Source: an uncultured Actinomycetes bacterium
GTDB lineage: Bacteria > Actinomycetota > Actinomycetes > Streptosporangiales > Streptosporangiaceae
Assembly (NCBI GenBank): GCA_963837105.1
Contig: CAWIMG010000021.1
Span: 1 to 64,000 of the forward strand
Direction: 5' to 3'
DNA length: 64,000 nt
Below, piece by piece: positions 32,825 to 41,337 of the stretch. The position numbers and the translations under genes are program-made. The stretch's first letter is position 1. Each line of letters begins with the position of its first letter. The notes beneath the pieces were generated by a model, which saw nothing but the letters and a program-made list of their open reading frames with translations, searched no databases and had not been told where the DNA came from.

Positions 32825-33841
32825 TCACCGCCCGCCCGCGTAGGCCCGCAGGAATTCGCCGGCCACCCGCGCCCGGCCGGGCCGCGGGGTGGCCGGGAGC
32901 GGGTCGTGACCGCTGGCGGTGATGGCCGCCAGTGCCGCCCGGCCGCCAGCCACATAGCCGGCCACCGCTACCCGGGCCGCCCCGCGCAGCGTGCGGACGA
33001 TCGGCGCCCCGGCGTCCAGCAGTTCGCGCGCGCGGCATACCTGGAACGCGATCAGGGCACGGACATCTGGCCCGGCCCGCGGTGCGGCCAGGTCCGCCTC
33101 GGTGACCCCGAACCGGTTCAGGTCCGCCAGTGGCAGGTAGATCCGGCCGGCCCGCAGGTCCTCGGCCACATCCTGGCAATGCTCGGCCAGCTGGAGCGCG
33201 GTGCACACCCGGTCCGACAGCGCCTCGCGCGCGGGCGTGGCTGCCCCGAAGATGTGCAGCACGATCCGGCCGACCGGGTTGGCCGACAGGCGGCAGTAGC
33301 CGAGCAGGTCAGCGAAGTCCGGATAGCGGGTCACCACCTGGTCCTGCCGGTTCGCCTCGATCAGGTCCAGGAAGGGCTGCGCGGGGATGGCACAGCTGAC
33401 GACGGTCCCGGCCAGCGCCCGGACCACCGGCAGCCGCGGCCCGGCGTCGTCGAGCGCCATCCTGCCCGTGTCACCGCCAGGCGCGGCCGCGTCCCCGATC
33501 CCGGCCGCATCCCCAGGCACGGCCGCGTCCCCCGCGCCGGGCAGCACCGGACCGCCCGCCCAGCGAACCTTGCGATAGAGCCGCTGGATGTCCGCCTCCA
33601 GTTCGTCCAGCAACGCGAGCCGCTGCCCGGGAGCCGCCTCGTCGCCCATGTCATCGACGGTCCGGGCGAATCCGTAGACCGCCGCCAGGTGCCCCCGGTA
33701 CCGGCGCGGCAGTACCCGGAGGGCGACCGGGAAGTTCTCCGCCCCGGCCTGGGCGGCGGCCGCGACGCCGATGGCGACGGCCGCCGCGCTGACCTCCCCG
33801 GCGGCGCGGTATTCACCAGTTCGCGTCGTCTCGGGGGTCAC
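32825..33841 (-). CDS. hpnC: Hydroxysqualene synthase HpnC (squalene/phytoene synthase family)
   Basis: YGFARTVDDMGDE motif; GTG start preceded by AGGGGAG; first gene of the operon. Confidence 0.8.
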   Translation of the reverse strand: MTPETTRTGEYRAAGEVSAAAVAIGVAAAAQAGAENFPVALRVLPRRYRGHLAAVYGFARTVDDMGDEAAPGQRLALLDELEADIQRLYRKVRWAGGPVLPGAGDAAVPGDAAGIGDAAAPGGDTGRMALDDAGPRLPVVRALAGTVVSCAIPAQPFLDLIEANRQDQVVTRYPDFADLLGYCRLSANPVGRIVLHIFGAATPAREALSDRVCTALQLAEHCQDVAEDLRAGRIYLPLADLNRFGVTEADLAAPRAGPDVRALIAFQVCRARELLDAGAPIVRTLRGAARVAVAGYVAGGRAALAAITASGHDPLPATPRPGRARVAGEFLRAYAGGR

Positions 33842-33881
33842 TCCCCTATCCCTTCATAGTTGGCGCACAAATGCAAATAAT

Positions 33882-33909
33882 GACATCGGCGTCACCTGAC
33901 ACCGATGTC
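33882..33909 (-). promoter_or_regulatory. 28-bp near-perfect inverted repeat GACATCGGCGTC-acct-GACACCGATGTC, 40-70 nt upstream of the hpnC start
   Basis: Arms match 11/12; lies in an AT-richer ~570-bp leader/intergenic region (33842-34414). Confidence 0.45.
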
Positions 33910-34414
33910 GTAGAACAGCCTGGCGGGGGCTGGCCGCCGGCGCTGGGATAGCATTTATGCCTAGCCGCCACTGAGCCGCACGGCCGACCGTTAATAGCCG
34001 GCTTTGAGCGCGGGTGTTGGGGCCTTGGGCATGCTGACGCAGACCCGCCGCCGGTCGCTACCTTGCTGTCCGTGCCGCCGGGTATGGCACGTCATCGCAG
34101 TTCACGGGCACGGCACCGGCCCACGACACCGGCTACGCCCCGGATCCGCGCTCCGCGGTCCAGCGGGCCCGCCGGGCGACCGGTCGCGCCAGAATAGGCG
34201 CCTGGCAGGCGGTTCCATGCCACTTGCCGGTGGCACGCCGTGTTACCGGCAGCTTTCCCCGGAGTTCATTTGCCCGGGCACCGGCTGCGCAGCGCCGTTC
34301 GGCATCGGCGTGGCCCGCCGCTGGCCGCTTTCACTGACATGTGTGTCAGATAAAATGCGGATACGTTTGGGCAATTAACTGACGCTTATGTCATATTTCG
34401 GTGTGCATGAGCAC

Positions 34415-35554
34415 TCAGCCGCGCCAGATGAGGGCCAGCGCGCAGTCGTCGCCGCCACCGCCGGCCTGCATGACCCGCACCAGATCCGCGGCACCCGCCC
34501 GGAACCCGGAGGTGACCAGCCGGTCCGCCTCGCCCAGCAGCCGGTCGGTGCCATAGTCGATGTCCCGGCCGCGCGCCTCGACCAGGCCATCGGTGTACAG
34601 CATCAGCGCGTCACCCGGCCGGAGGGTGCCGCGCTCGGGAACCAGCCGCAGATCGGCGACCACTCCCAGCACGATGCCCCGGGCCTGAGTGAGCCGCCAG
34701 GTGCCGCTGCTGGCGTCGAAGTGCGCCGCCGGCGGATGCCCGGCCGAGGTCACCACGTACTCACCAGTGGCCAGATCCAGAGCCAGGTGGACGGCCGTGA
34801 CAAAGCCCTCAGGCAAGCCGCCCCGGCGCAGGTAGGCATTGCAGGCGGCCAGGAACTCCTCCTGCGGGACCGAGCCGAGCAACCCGCCGAACGCCCCGGA
34901 GAGCAGCAGCGCACGGGTGCCGGCGTCAACCCCCTTGCCTGCCACATCCACCAGTGCGACCTCCAGCGTCTTGCCATCACTGGCGGAGACCAGGAAGTCA
35001 CCCCCGAACGATGAGCCACCCGCGGGCCGGAGCACCGATACCGATCCCCAGCCATCGGGCAGTCCCGGCAGCATGCCCTGCGCCCGGATCCGGTCCCGCA
35101 ACTCGACCAGCATCTGATTGCCGCGCAGACCCTGCATGCCGAGCTTCTTCCTGGTGCGCGCGAGCGCGTCCGCCAGCAGGGCGGTGACCACGATGGTCGC
35201 GACCAGCGCCGGGCCCGCCCGGCCGGCCACCACGTCGTAGGCCAGGCCGACCGCGATCACGCCAAACAGGATGCGCAGCGCCCGCGGCCACAGCAGCAGC
35301 CCGCCGGCCAGCACCGGCAGGATCAGCAGGCCGGGCGAGAACCACGACGCCGACCCGTGCACGGCCGCCACGCTGATGGCGACGGTGGCCAGCGCCAGGG
35401 CCAGCGCCAGCCGCCGGTTCCGCGTGATCAGCTGCTGCCGCACGAAGCCGCTCAGCCTGCTCGCGGCACGGCGGGCAGCGAGCACCGAACGGGACCAGCC
35501 AGGCACAACCATGATGGCCGCACTGTATCGGCCCACCAGGGGTTGGGGAACCAC
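34415..35554 (-). CDS. PP2C-family serine phosphatase (SpoIIE/RsbU-like) with an N-terminal membrane domain
   Basis: N-terminal TM helices; C-terminal PP2C motifs GGDFLVSASDG...DVAGKGV...YTDGLVEARG. Confidence 0.75.
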   Translation of the reverse strand: MVPQPLVGRYSAAIMVVPGWSRSVLAARRAASRLSGFVRQQLITRNRRLALALALATVAISVAAVHGSASWFSPGLLILPVLAGGLLLWPRALRILFGVIAVGLAYDVVAGRAGPALVATIVVTALLADALARTRKKLGMQGLRGNQMLVELRDRIRAQGMLPGLPDGWGSVSVLRPAGGSSFGGDFLVSASDGKTLEVALVDVAGKGVDAGTRALLLSGAFGGLLGSVPQEEFLAACNAYLRRGGLPEGFVTAVHLALDLATGEYVVTSAGHPPAAHFDASSGTWRLTQARGIVLGVVADLRLVPERGTLRPGDALMLYTDGLVEARGRDIDYGTDRLLGEADRLVTSGFRAGAADLVRVMQAGGGGDDCALALIWRG

Positions 35555-35622
35555 ACGCGCCGCGGCCAGGCAGGCGGTAACTGATTGGCCCCGCAGGACC
35601 CAGCCGGGGTATCAAGGGCGGC

Positions 35623-36975
35623 ATGGGTATCCCGTATCCGCTCCGCCTGATCACCGAGGACGAACTCCCCGGCCTGCACACCGTGCATGAGCATGCCTTC
35701 CAGGACGGCCCGCTGTCCGACGCTTCCCGCACCCGCATCCACGCCCGGATCGAGCTGGACCGGACGCTGGCCGCCTTCGACGGCCCGGTGATGGTCGGCG
35801 TGACCAGCGCGTACAGCTTCCAGATGCGGATCCCCGGTGCGCTGGCCGCCGTCGCCGGGGTGACCATGGTCGGCGTCCTGCCCACCCACCGCCGGCGCGG
35901 CATCCTGTCCGCGCTGATGCGCCAGCAGCTGGCCGACATCCATGCCCGCGGCGAAGCCACGGCCGCCCTGTTCGCGTCCGAAGCGGGCATCTACGGACGT
36001 TACGGCTACGGCCGTGCCTCCTGGCACACCAGCTACGAAGTGCACGGCGGCGAAGGGGCGCTGGCCCCGGGCGCCCCTGCCGACAGCGCGCTGCGGCTGC
36101 GGATCGCCGAGCCCACGGCGGCCCGCGCGGAACTGGCCAAGGTCTACCAGGCGGTGCTGGACGAGCGGCCCGGCCTGTACGCCCGCAACGACGCCTGGTG
36201 GGACCGGCTGCTGGCGGACGAGCCCGAGGACCGGGCCGGCGCCAGCCCGCTGCGCTGTGTCATCGCCGAGGATCCGGCCGGGCCACGCGGATACGCCTTG
36301 TTCTCCGGCATGTCGAACTGGGATGGGGCTACCTTCCTGCCCAACTCATCGGTCTCGATCCGCGAGGTCATGACCGCCGACCCGGCCGCCGCCGCGGCCA
36401 TCTGGGCTGACCTGCTGAGCCGGGATCTGACCACCGAGTTCCGCACCCAGCTGCGGCCGGTGGACGACCCGGTGCTGTACCTGCTGGCCGATCCGCGCCG
36501 GCTCCGCCCCACCATCGCCGACGGGCTGTGGGTGCGCCTGGTCGATGTCCCCGCCGCGCTCGGCCAGCGCCGTTACGCCTGCCCGGTGGATGCCGTTATC
36601 GAGGTGACCGATGACCTCTGCGGCTGGAACCAGGGCCGGTGGCGGCTCACCGCGGGCGGCGCGGGCGGGCCCGCCCGCGCCGGGCACGCGGGCGGCCAGC
36701 CACCCGGTTTCGCCGCCAGCTGCGAGCCGGCTACCGGCGCGGCCGACATAGCGCTGCCGGTCAGTGCCCTCGGCGCCGCCTACCTCGGCGGGACCAGGCT
36801 CGGCGCCCTGGCCGCCGCCGGGCAGGCCACCGAACTGCGGCCGGGCGCACTGGCGGCGCTGTCGGCCGCCATGTCCTCGGATCCCGCACCCTGGTGCCCG
36901 CAGAATCTTCTGATCCACCCGGTGAGCATGGTGGGGCGGTGCCGGGTGAGCACCGGTGGGCCCGGCGCTGGATGA
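35623..36975 (+). CDS. Eis-like GNAT N-acetyltransferase (GNAT plus sterol-carrier-like C-terminal domain)
   Basis: VLPTHRRRGILSALMRQQL...; overall collinear with M. tuberculosis Eis; C-terminal PAPWCP motif. Confidence 0.75.
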   Translation: MGIPYPLRLITEDELPGLHTVHEHAFQDGPLSDASRTRIHARIELDRTLAAFDGPVMVGVTSAYSFQMRIPGALAAVAGVTMVGVLPTHRRRGILSALMRQQLADIHARGEATAALFASEAGIYGRYGYGRASWHTSYEVHGGEGALAPGAPADSALRLRIAEPTAARAELAKVYQAVLDERPGLYARNDAWWDRLLADEPEDRAGASPLRCVIAEDPAGPRGYALFSGMSNWDGATFLPNSSVSIREVMTADPAAAAAIWADLLSRDLTTEFRTQLRPVDDPVLYLLADPRRLRPTIADGLWVRLVDVPAALGQRRYACPVDAVIEVTDDLCGWNQGRWRLTAGGAGGPARAGHAGGQPPGFAASCEPATGAADIALPVSALGAAYLGGTRLGALAAAGQATELRPGALAALSAAMSSDPAPWCPQNLLIHPVSMVGRCRVSTGGPGAG

Positions 36976-37015
36976 GCACGGGGCCCGCTTCGTGCGAGAC
37001 TGACGGCGGAGGCTC

Positions 37016-37466
37016 CATGCCCGGGATGAAGCTGACGCCGGTCACCGCGATGCGGGTGCGCGATGTGTCCCGGCCGCAGCCGCACCACGAGGCCGCGGCC
37101 GAGGCCGAGGTGGCGACCTGGCCGACGGCATCCCCGCCGCCCACTCCGGCTGCCCCACCGGGGCGCCGCGGCGGCGCCACGCCGCGGCCGGCCAAGCCAC
37201 CGCGGGCCGGCGCGCCGGCCCGCGGTGGACGGCCCACACCAGCTACCCACGCGCCGGCCAGTTCCGGGCCTGCCAGCTCTGCCCCGGCCAGTTCCGGGCC
37301 GGCCAGTTCCGGGCCGGCCAGCCCGCCAGCTGCGCCCCGGCCGGCGGCGGGAGAGCCGGCTGCCCCGCCACCGGGCCGCGGGGCCGAGCCAGGGAGCCGC
37401 GGATCCGAGCCTGGGGGGCGGCCCGCCCGCCGCCAGCGCATCCGCCGGCGGCGGTCCCGCGGTTAG
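37016..37466 (+). CDS. Hypothetical Pro/Ala-rich basic protein containing a (P-A-S-S-G)n repeat
   Basis: ATG 5 nt after GGAGG; very high GC3; low-complexity; low confidence. Confidence 0.3.
37256..37330. repeat. About five tandem copies of a 15-bp unit GGCCAGTTCCGGGCC (encodes PASSG on the plus strand)
   Basis: Read directly from the sequence. Confidence 0.7.
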
Positions 37467-37933
37467 TCAGGCCGGGGTGGCAGGTCCCCGGATACCTCAT
37501 AGCTGGCGATCATGGCCAGCCGCCGCACGTGCCGCGCCTCGCCGGAGAACTCCGTCGCCAGGAACACCTGGGTGAAGGCGATCGCGTCCGCGACTGGGTG
37601 CATCCTGGCGCCCAGGCTGAGCACATTGGCGTCGTTGTGCAGCCGGGCCAGCCGGGCCGTCTCCTCGCTCCACACCAGCGCGGCACGGATCCCGGGGATC
37701 TTGTTGGCGGCCATCTGCTCCCCGTTGCCGGATCCGCCGATCACGATGCCGAGGCTGCCAGGATCGGCCGCCACCGCGGCCGCGGCCGCCATGACATAAG
37801 GCGGATAGTCGTCCTCGGCGTGGTAGGACGACGGGCCGCAGTCGGTGACCTGGTGCCCGGCTGAGGCCAGCACGTTGACGAGGACGGACTTCAGCTCGAA
37901 GCCGGCGTGATCTGATCCGAGGTAGACGCGCAC
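37463..37933 (-). CDS. rpiB: Ribose-5-phosphate isomerase B
   Basis: VRVYLGSDHAGFELK...VIGGSGNGEQMAANK...; likely GTG start inside ORF 37463..37963. Confidence 0.85.
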   Translation of the reverse strand: MRVYLGSDHAGFELKSVLVNVLASAGHQVTDCGPSSYHAEDDYPPYVMAAAAAVAADPGSLGIVIGGSGNGEQMAANKIPGIRAALVWSEETARLARLHNDANVLSLGARMHPVADAIAFTQVFLATEFSGEARHVRRLAMIASYEVSGDLPPRPD

Positions 37934-37999
37934 AGCCGCAAGTCTGTCAGATGGGCTGATCACCCGTTCGCGCTCGGCCAGCGGCCAGCCACTGCCGCC

Positions 38000-38656
38000 T
38001 CAGTCGAAGATCGGGTCCCGGGTCCGGCTGCGCTTCAGCTCGAAGAAGCCGTCGGTGCCGGTGACCAGCAGGACGCCGTCCCAGAGCCGCCCGGCCGCCT
38101 CGCCGCGTGGGATGGGCGACACCACCGGCCCGAAGATCGACGCGTCATTCACCGAGATCACCGGGGTGCCAACACCCTCGCCGACCCGGTCCATGCCCGC
38201 ATGGTGGGACGCCCGCACCGCTTCGTCGTACCCGGTGCTGTCCATCGCCTCCGCGAGCGTGGCCGGCAGGCCCACCTCGGCCAGCGCGGCCTCGATGGTG
38301 GCCCGGTTCCGGTCGGCCTTGTCGTGGTGGAACCTGGTGCCGATGGCCGTGTAGAGCGGGCCGAGGATGTCCGGCCCACACTGCTGCTCCGCCGCCATGC
38401 AGACCCGGACCGGTCCCCAGGCGGTGGCGAGGAACTGCCGGTACCGCTCGGACAGGTCCTCCTTGCCCTCGTTCAGCACCGCCAGGCTCATCACATGCCA
38501 GCGTGGCTGGACCGGCCGGACCGTGGTCACCTCGTGCAGCCAGCGCGAGGTGATCCAGGCCCACGGGCACAGCGGGTCAAACCAGAAATCCACACTGGTC
38601 GGCTCCTGCTCGGGCACATCTCCTCCTTCGGCGGATCGGGCAGGGGCAATGAGCAC
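38000..38656 (-). CDS. DsbA-like thioredoxin-fold oxidoreductase, homolog of M. tuberculosis Rv2466c; active site CPWA
   Basis: Collinear with Rv2466c over the whole length (FWFDPLCPW.WITSRW, HVMSLA.LNE, AWGPVRV, HHAGMD, GTP.I.VN, PRGEEAG.LWD, FFELKR.RT); sits between rpiB and pepN as in M. tuberculosis. Confidence 0.8.
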   Translation of the reverse strand: MLIAPARSAEGGDVPEQEPTSVDFWFDPLCPWAWITSRWLHEVTTVRPVQPRWHVMSLAVLNEGKEDLSERYRQFLATAWGPVRVCMAAEQQCGPDILGPLYTAIGTRFHHDKADRNRATIEAALAEVGLPATLAEAMDSTGYDEAVRASHHAGMDRVGEGVGTPVISVNDASIFGPVVSPIPRGEAAGRLWDGVLLVTGTDGFFELKRSRTRDPIFD

Positions 38657-38736
38657 ACCCCACAGCCATCCCGGGGGACCGCGGCTCCGCCGCGGCCCCC
38701 CACGCCTGCAACCGGGCCACCGGCAGTGGCATTCCG

Positions 38737-41337
38737 GTGGGCATGACAGGATTTCGGGACGGCCCCCTCGGGGTAACCCCGCGCCGGATCAGAGAGGACA
38801 CGAGCGACGTGACGAACAACCTCACCCGCGACGAGGCTCACGACCGCGCTCAGTTGCTGCAGGTCACGTCCTACCAGGTGGAACTGGACGTCACCGGCGG
38901 CGAACAGGCCTTCTCCTCGGTGAGCACGGTGCGCTTCCGCTGCGCCCGGCCAGGCGTGGCCAGCTTCATCGATCTGACCGCCCCGGAAGTCACCGAGATC
39001 ATGCTGAACGGCCAGCGGCTGCCGCTGGCCGTCTTCGACGGCGACCGGATCACGCTGGCCGGCCTGGCCGCCGAGAACGAACTGCGGGTGGCGGCGCAGT
39101 GCGCCTATTCCCGCAGCGGTGAGGGCCTGCACCGGTTCACCGACCCGGCGGACGGCTGCATCTACCTGTACACCGACCTGGAGACGTTCGACGCCCACCG
39201 GGTCTACGCCTGCTTCGACCAGCCCGACCTCAAGGCCAGTTTCGAGTTCACCCTCCGCACGCCGGATGGCTGGCTGGCGGTTTCCAACATGGCGCCGGAT
39301 GTGCCTGGGGAGCCCGCTGGGGACGGCGCCGTCCGCTGGCATTTCCCGCCCTCGCCGGTCATGTCCACCTACATCACCGCCGCCGCGGCCGGGCCCTACC
39401 ATGTGGTCCGCACCGAGCACGACGGCATCCCGCTCGGCATCTACTGCCGCCAGTCGCTCGCCCGCTACCTGGATCCGGATGAGATCTTCGAGGTGACCCG
39501 GCAGGGGTTCGACTACTTCCACCAGCAGTTCGGGGTCCGGTACGGCTTCGGGAAGTACGACCAGCTGTTCGTGCCCGAGTTCAAGGCGGGCGCGATGGAG
39601 AACGCGGGCGCCGTGACGTTCCTGGAGGACTACATCTTCCGGTCCCGGGTCACCGACTTCGCCCGGGAGGTCCGGGCCGAGACCATCCTGCACGAGATGG
39701 CGCACATGTGGTTCGGCGATCTGGTCACCATGCGCTGGTGGGACGACCTGTGGCTGAACGAGTCGTTCGCCACCTGGGCCGCCGCGCTCGCGCAGGCCGA
39801 GGCCACCCGCTGGTCCCACGCCTGGACCACGTTCGCGCAGCTGCACAAGGCCTGGGCGTACCGGCAGGACCAGCTGCCCTCCACCCATCCGATCGCGGCC
39901 GACATCCCCGACATCGCGGCGGTCGAGGTCAACTTCGACGGCATCACCTACGCCAAGGGCGCGGCTGTGCTCAAGCAACTGGTCGCCTACGTGGGCCTCG
40001 ACCACTTCCTGGCCGGCCTGCGTGAGTACTTCGGCCAGCACGCCTGGTCCAACGCCACGCTGGCCGACCTGCTCACGCCGGTGGCCGCCAGCTCCGGCCG
40101 GGACCTGGCAGACTGGTCCAAGCAGTGGCTGGAGACCGCCGGGGTGAACACGCTCCGGCCCGAGTACACACTCGACGGCCAGGGCGCCTTCACGGAGTTC
40201 GCGGTCCGGCAGGAGGCGCCGGCGTCACACCCGGTGCTGCGCGACCACCGGATCGCGATCGGCCTGTACGACCGGACCCCGGCCGGGCTGGTGCGGCGGC
40301 TGCGGCTGGAAACCGACATCGGCGGTGAGCGGACCGTCATCGGCGACCTGGCCGGCCAGCCACGGCCGGACCTGGTGCTGGTGAACGACGACGACCTCAG
40401 TTACGCCAAGATCCGGCTCGACGAGCATTCGCTCGGCACGCTGATGACCAGCATCGGCAGCTTCACCGACTCGCTGCCCGCCGCGCTGTGCTGGGCGGCG
40501 GCCTGGGACATGTGCCGGGACGCCGAGCTTGCCGCCCGCGACTACCTGCGGCTGGTCCTGACCGGGGTGAGCTCGGTGACCGACGTCTCGGTCGCGCAGA
40601 CGCTGCTCCGGCAGGCCAGTGCTGCGCTGCGCCGCTACACCGACCCGGCCTGGCGGCCGGCCGGGCTGGCACAGGCCGCCGACGGGCTGCGCGGGCTGCT
40701 GGCCGGGGCCTCACCCGGCTCGGACTTCCAGCTCGCCTACGCCCAGGCACTGGCCGGGCTCGCTACCGCCCCCGGCGACCTGGCACTGCTGGCCGGGCTG
40801 CTGGACGGCACCCGCCCGATCGAGGGGCTGGCCGTCGACACCGAACTCCGCTGGCGGCTGCTCAGGCGGCTGGTCAGCCGCGGCGCGGCCGGCCCCAGCG
40901 AGATCGAGGCCGAACTGCGCCGCGACCCCACCGACGCGGGCGAGCGCCGCGCGGCCGCCTGCCGGGCGGCCATCCCGGACGCCGCCGCAAAGGAGGCGGC
41001 CTGGCAGCGGGTCATCAGCGGCACCCTGCCCAACGCCGTGTTCCGGGCCGAACTCGACGGTTTCACCGACTACGACCAGCCCGCGCTGATGGCACCCTAC
41101 CAGCAGCGGTACTTCGACGTGGTCGGCGGCATCTGGCAGGACTGGGGCTCGGACATGGCCCAGTGGTTCGCCGCCAACGCCTACCCGGTGACCGACACGC
41201 CCGCGGTGATCGAGGCGACCGACCACCTGATCGAGCGGGCCAGCCCGCCACCGCCACTGCGCCGCCTGCTCATCGAGGGCCGGGACGGGGTGGAACGGGC
41301 GCTGCGCTGCCAGGCGCGCGACCGCCAGGCGGGCTGA
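38737..41337 (+). CDS. pepN: Aminopeptidase N (M1 family)
   Basis: GAMEN, HEMAHMWFGDLVTMRWWDDLWLNESFA (HExxH...E); ~860 aa; an alternative GTG start at 38809 (VTNNLTRDEA) fits homologs better. Confidence 0.9.
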   Translation: MGMTGFRDGPLGVTPRRIREDTSDVTNNLTRDEAHDRAQLLQVTSYQVELDVTGGEQAFSSVSTVRFRCARPGVASFIDLTAPEVTEIMLNGQRLPLAVFDGDRITLAGLAAENELRVAAQCAYSRSGEGLHRFTDPADGCIYLYTDLETFDAHRVYACFDQPDLKASFEFTLRTPDGWLAVSNMAPDVPGEPAGDGAVRWHFPPSPVMSTYITAAAAGPYHVVRTEHDGIPLGIYCRQSLARYLDPDEIFEVTRQGFDYFHQQFGVRYGFGKYDQLFVPEFKAGAMENAGAVTFLEDYIFRSRVTDFAREVRAETILHEMAHMWFGDLVTMRWWDDLWLNESFATWAAALAQAEATRWSHAWTTFAQLHKAWAYRQDQLPSTHPIAADIPDIAAVEVNFDGITYAKGAAVLKQLVAYVGLDHFLAGLREYFGQHAWSNATLADLLTPVAASSGRDLADWSKQWLETAGVNTLRPEYTLDGQGAFTEFAVRQEAPASHPVLRDHRIAIGLYDRTPAGLVRRLRLETDIGGERTVIGDLAGQPRPDLVLVNDDDLSYAKIRLDEHSLGTLMTSIGSFTDSLPAALCWAAAWDMCRDAELAARDYLRLVLTGVSSVTDVSVAQTLLRQASAALRRYTDPAWRPAGLAQAADGLRGLLAGASPGSDFQLAYAQALAGLATAPGDLALLAGLLDGTRPIEGLAVDTELRWRLLRRLVSRGAAGPSEIEAELRRDPTDAGERRAAACRAAIPDAAAKEAAWQRVISGTLPNAVFRAELDGFTDYDQPALMAPYQQRYFDVVGGIWQDWGSDMAQWFAANAYPVTDTPAVIEATDHLIERASPPPPLRRLLIEGRDGVERALRCQARDRQAG

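Noticed and set aside
33842-34414. Possible tRNA or small RNA gene, or a small ORF (34004..34378), in the long AT-richer intergenic region
   Set aside because: No tRNA-like T-arm (GTTCGA / TTCGAATCC) or cloverleaf was found. The 124-aa ORF has poor codon bias and a Cys/Arg-rich junk translation. It is retained only as a putative regulatory leader
37256-37330. Possible CRISPR array or other interspersed repeat
   Set aside because: It is a simple contiguous 15-bp tandem repeat without spacers, inside a coding-like frame; not CRISPR
36639-37466. 275-aa plus-strand ORF as a full-length gene
   Set aside because: The first ~125 codons overlap the Eis gene 3-prime end in another frame and look spurious. 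Only the part from the ATG at ~37016 is kept, at low confidence
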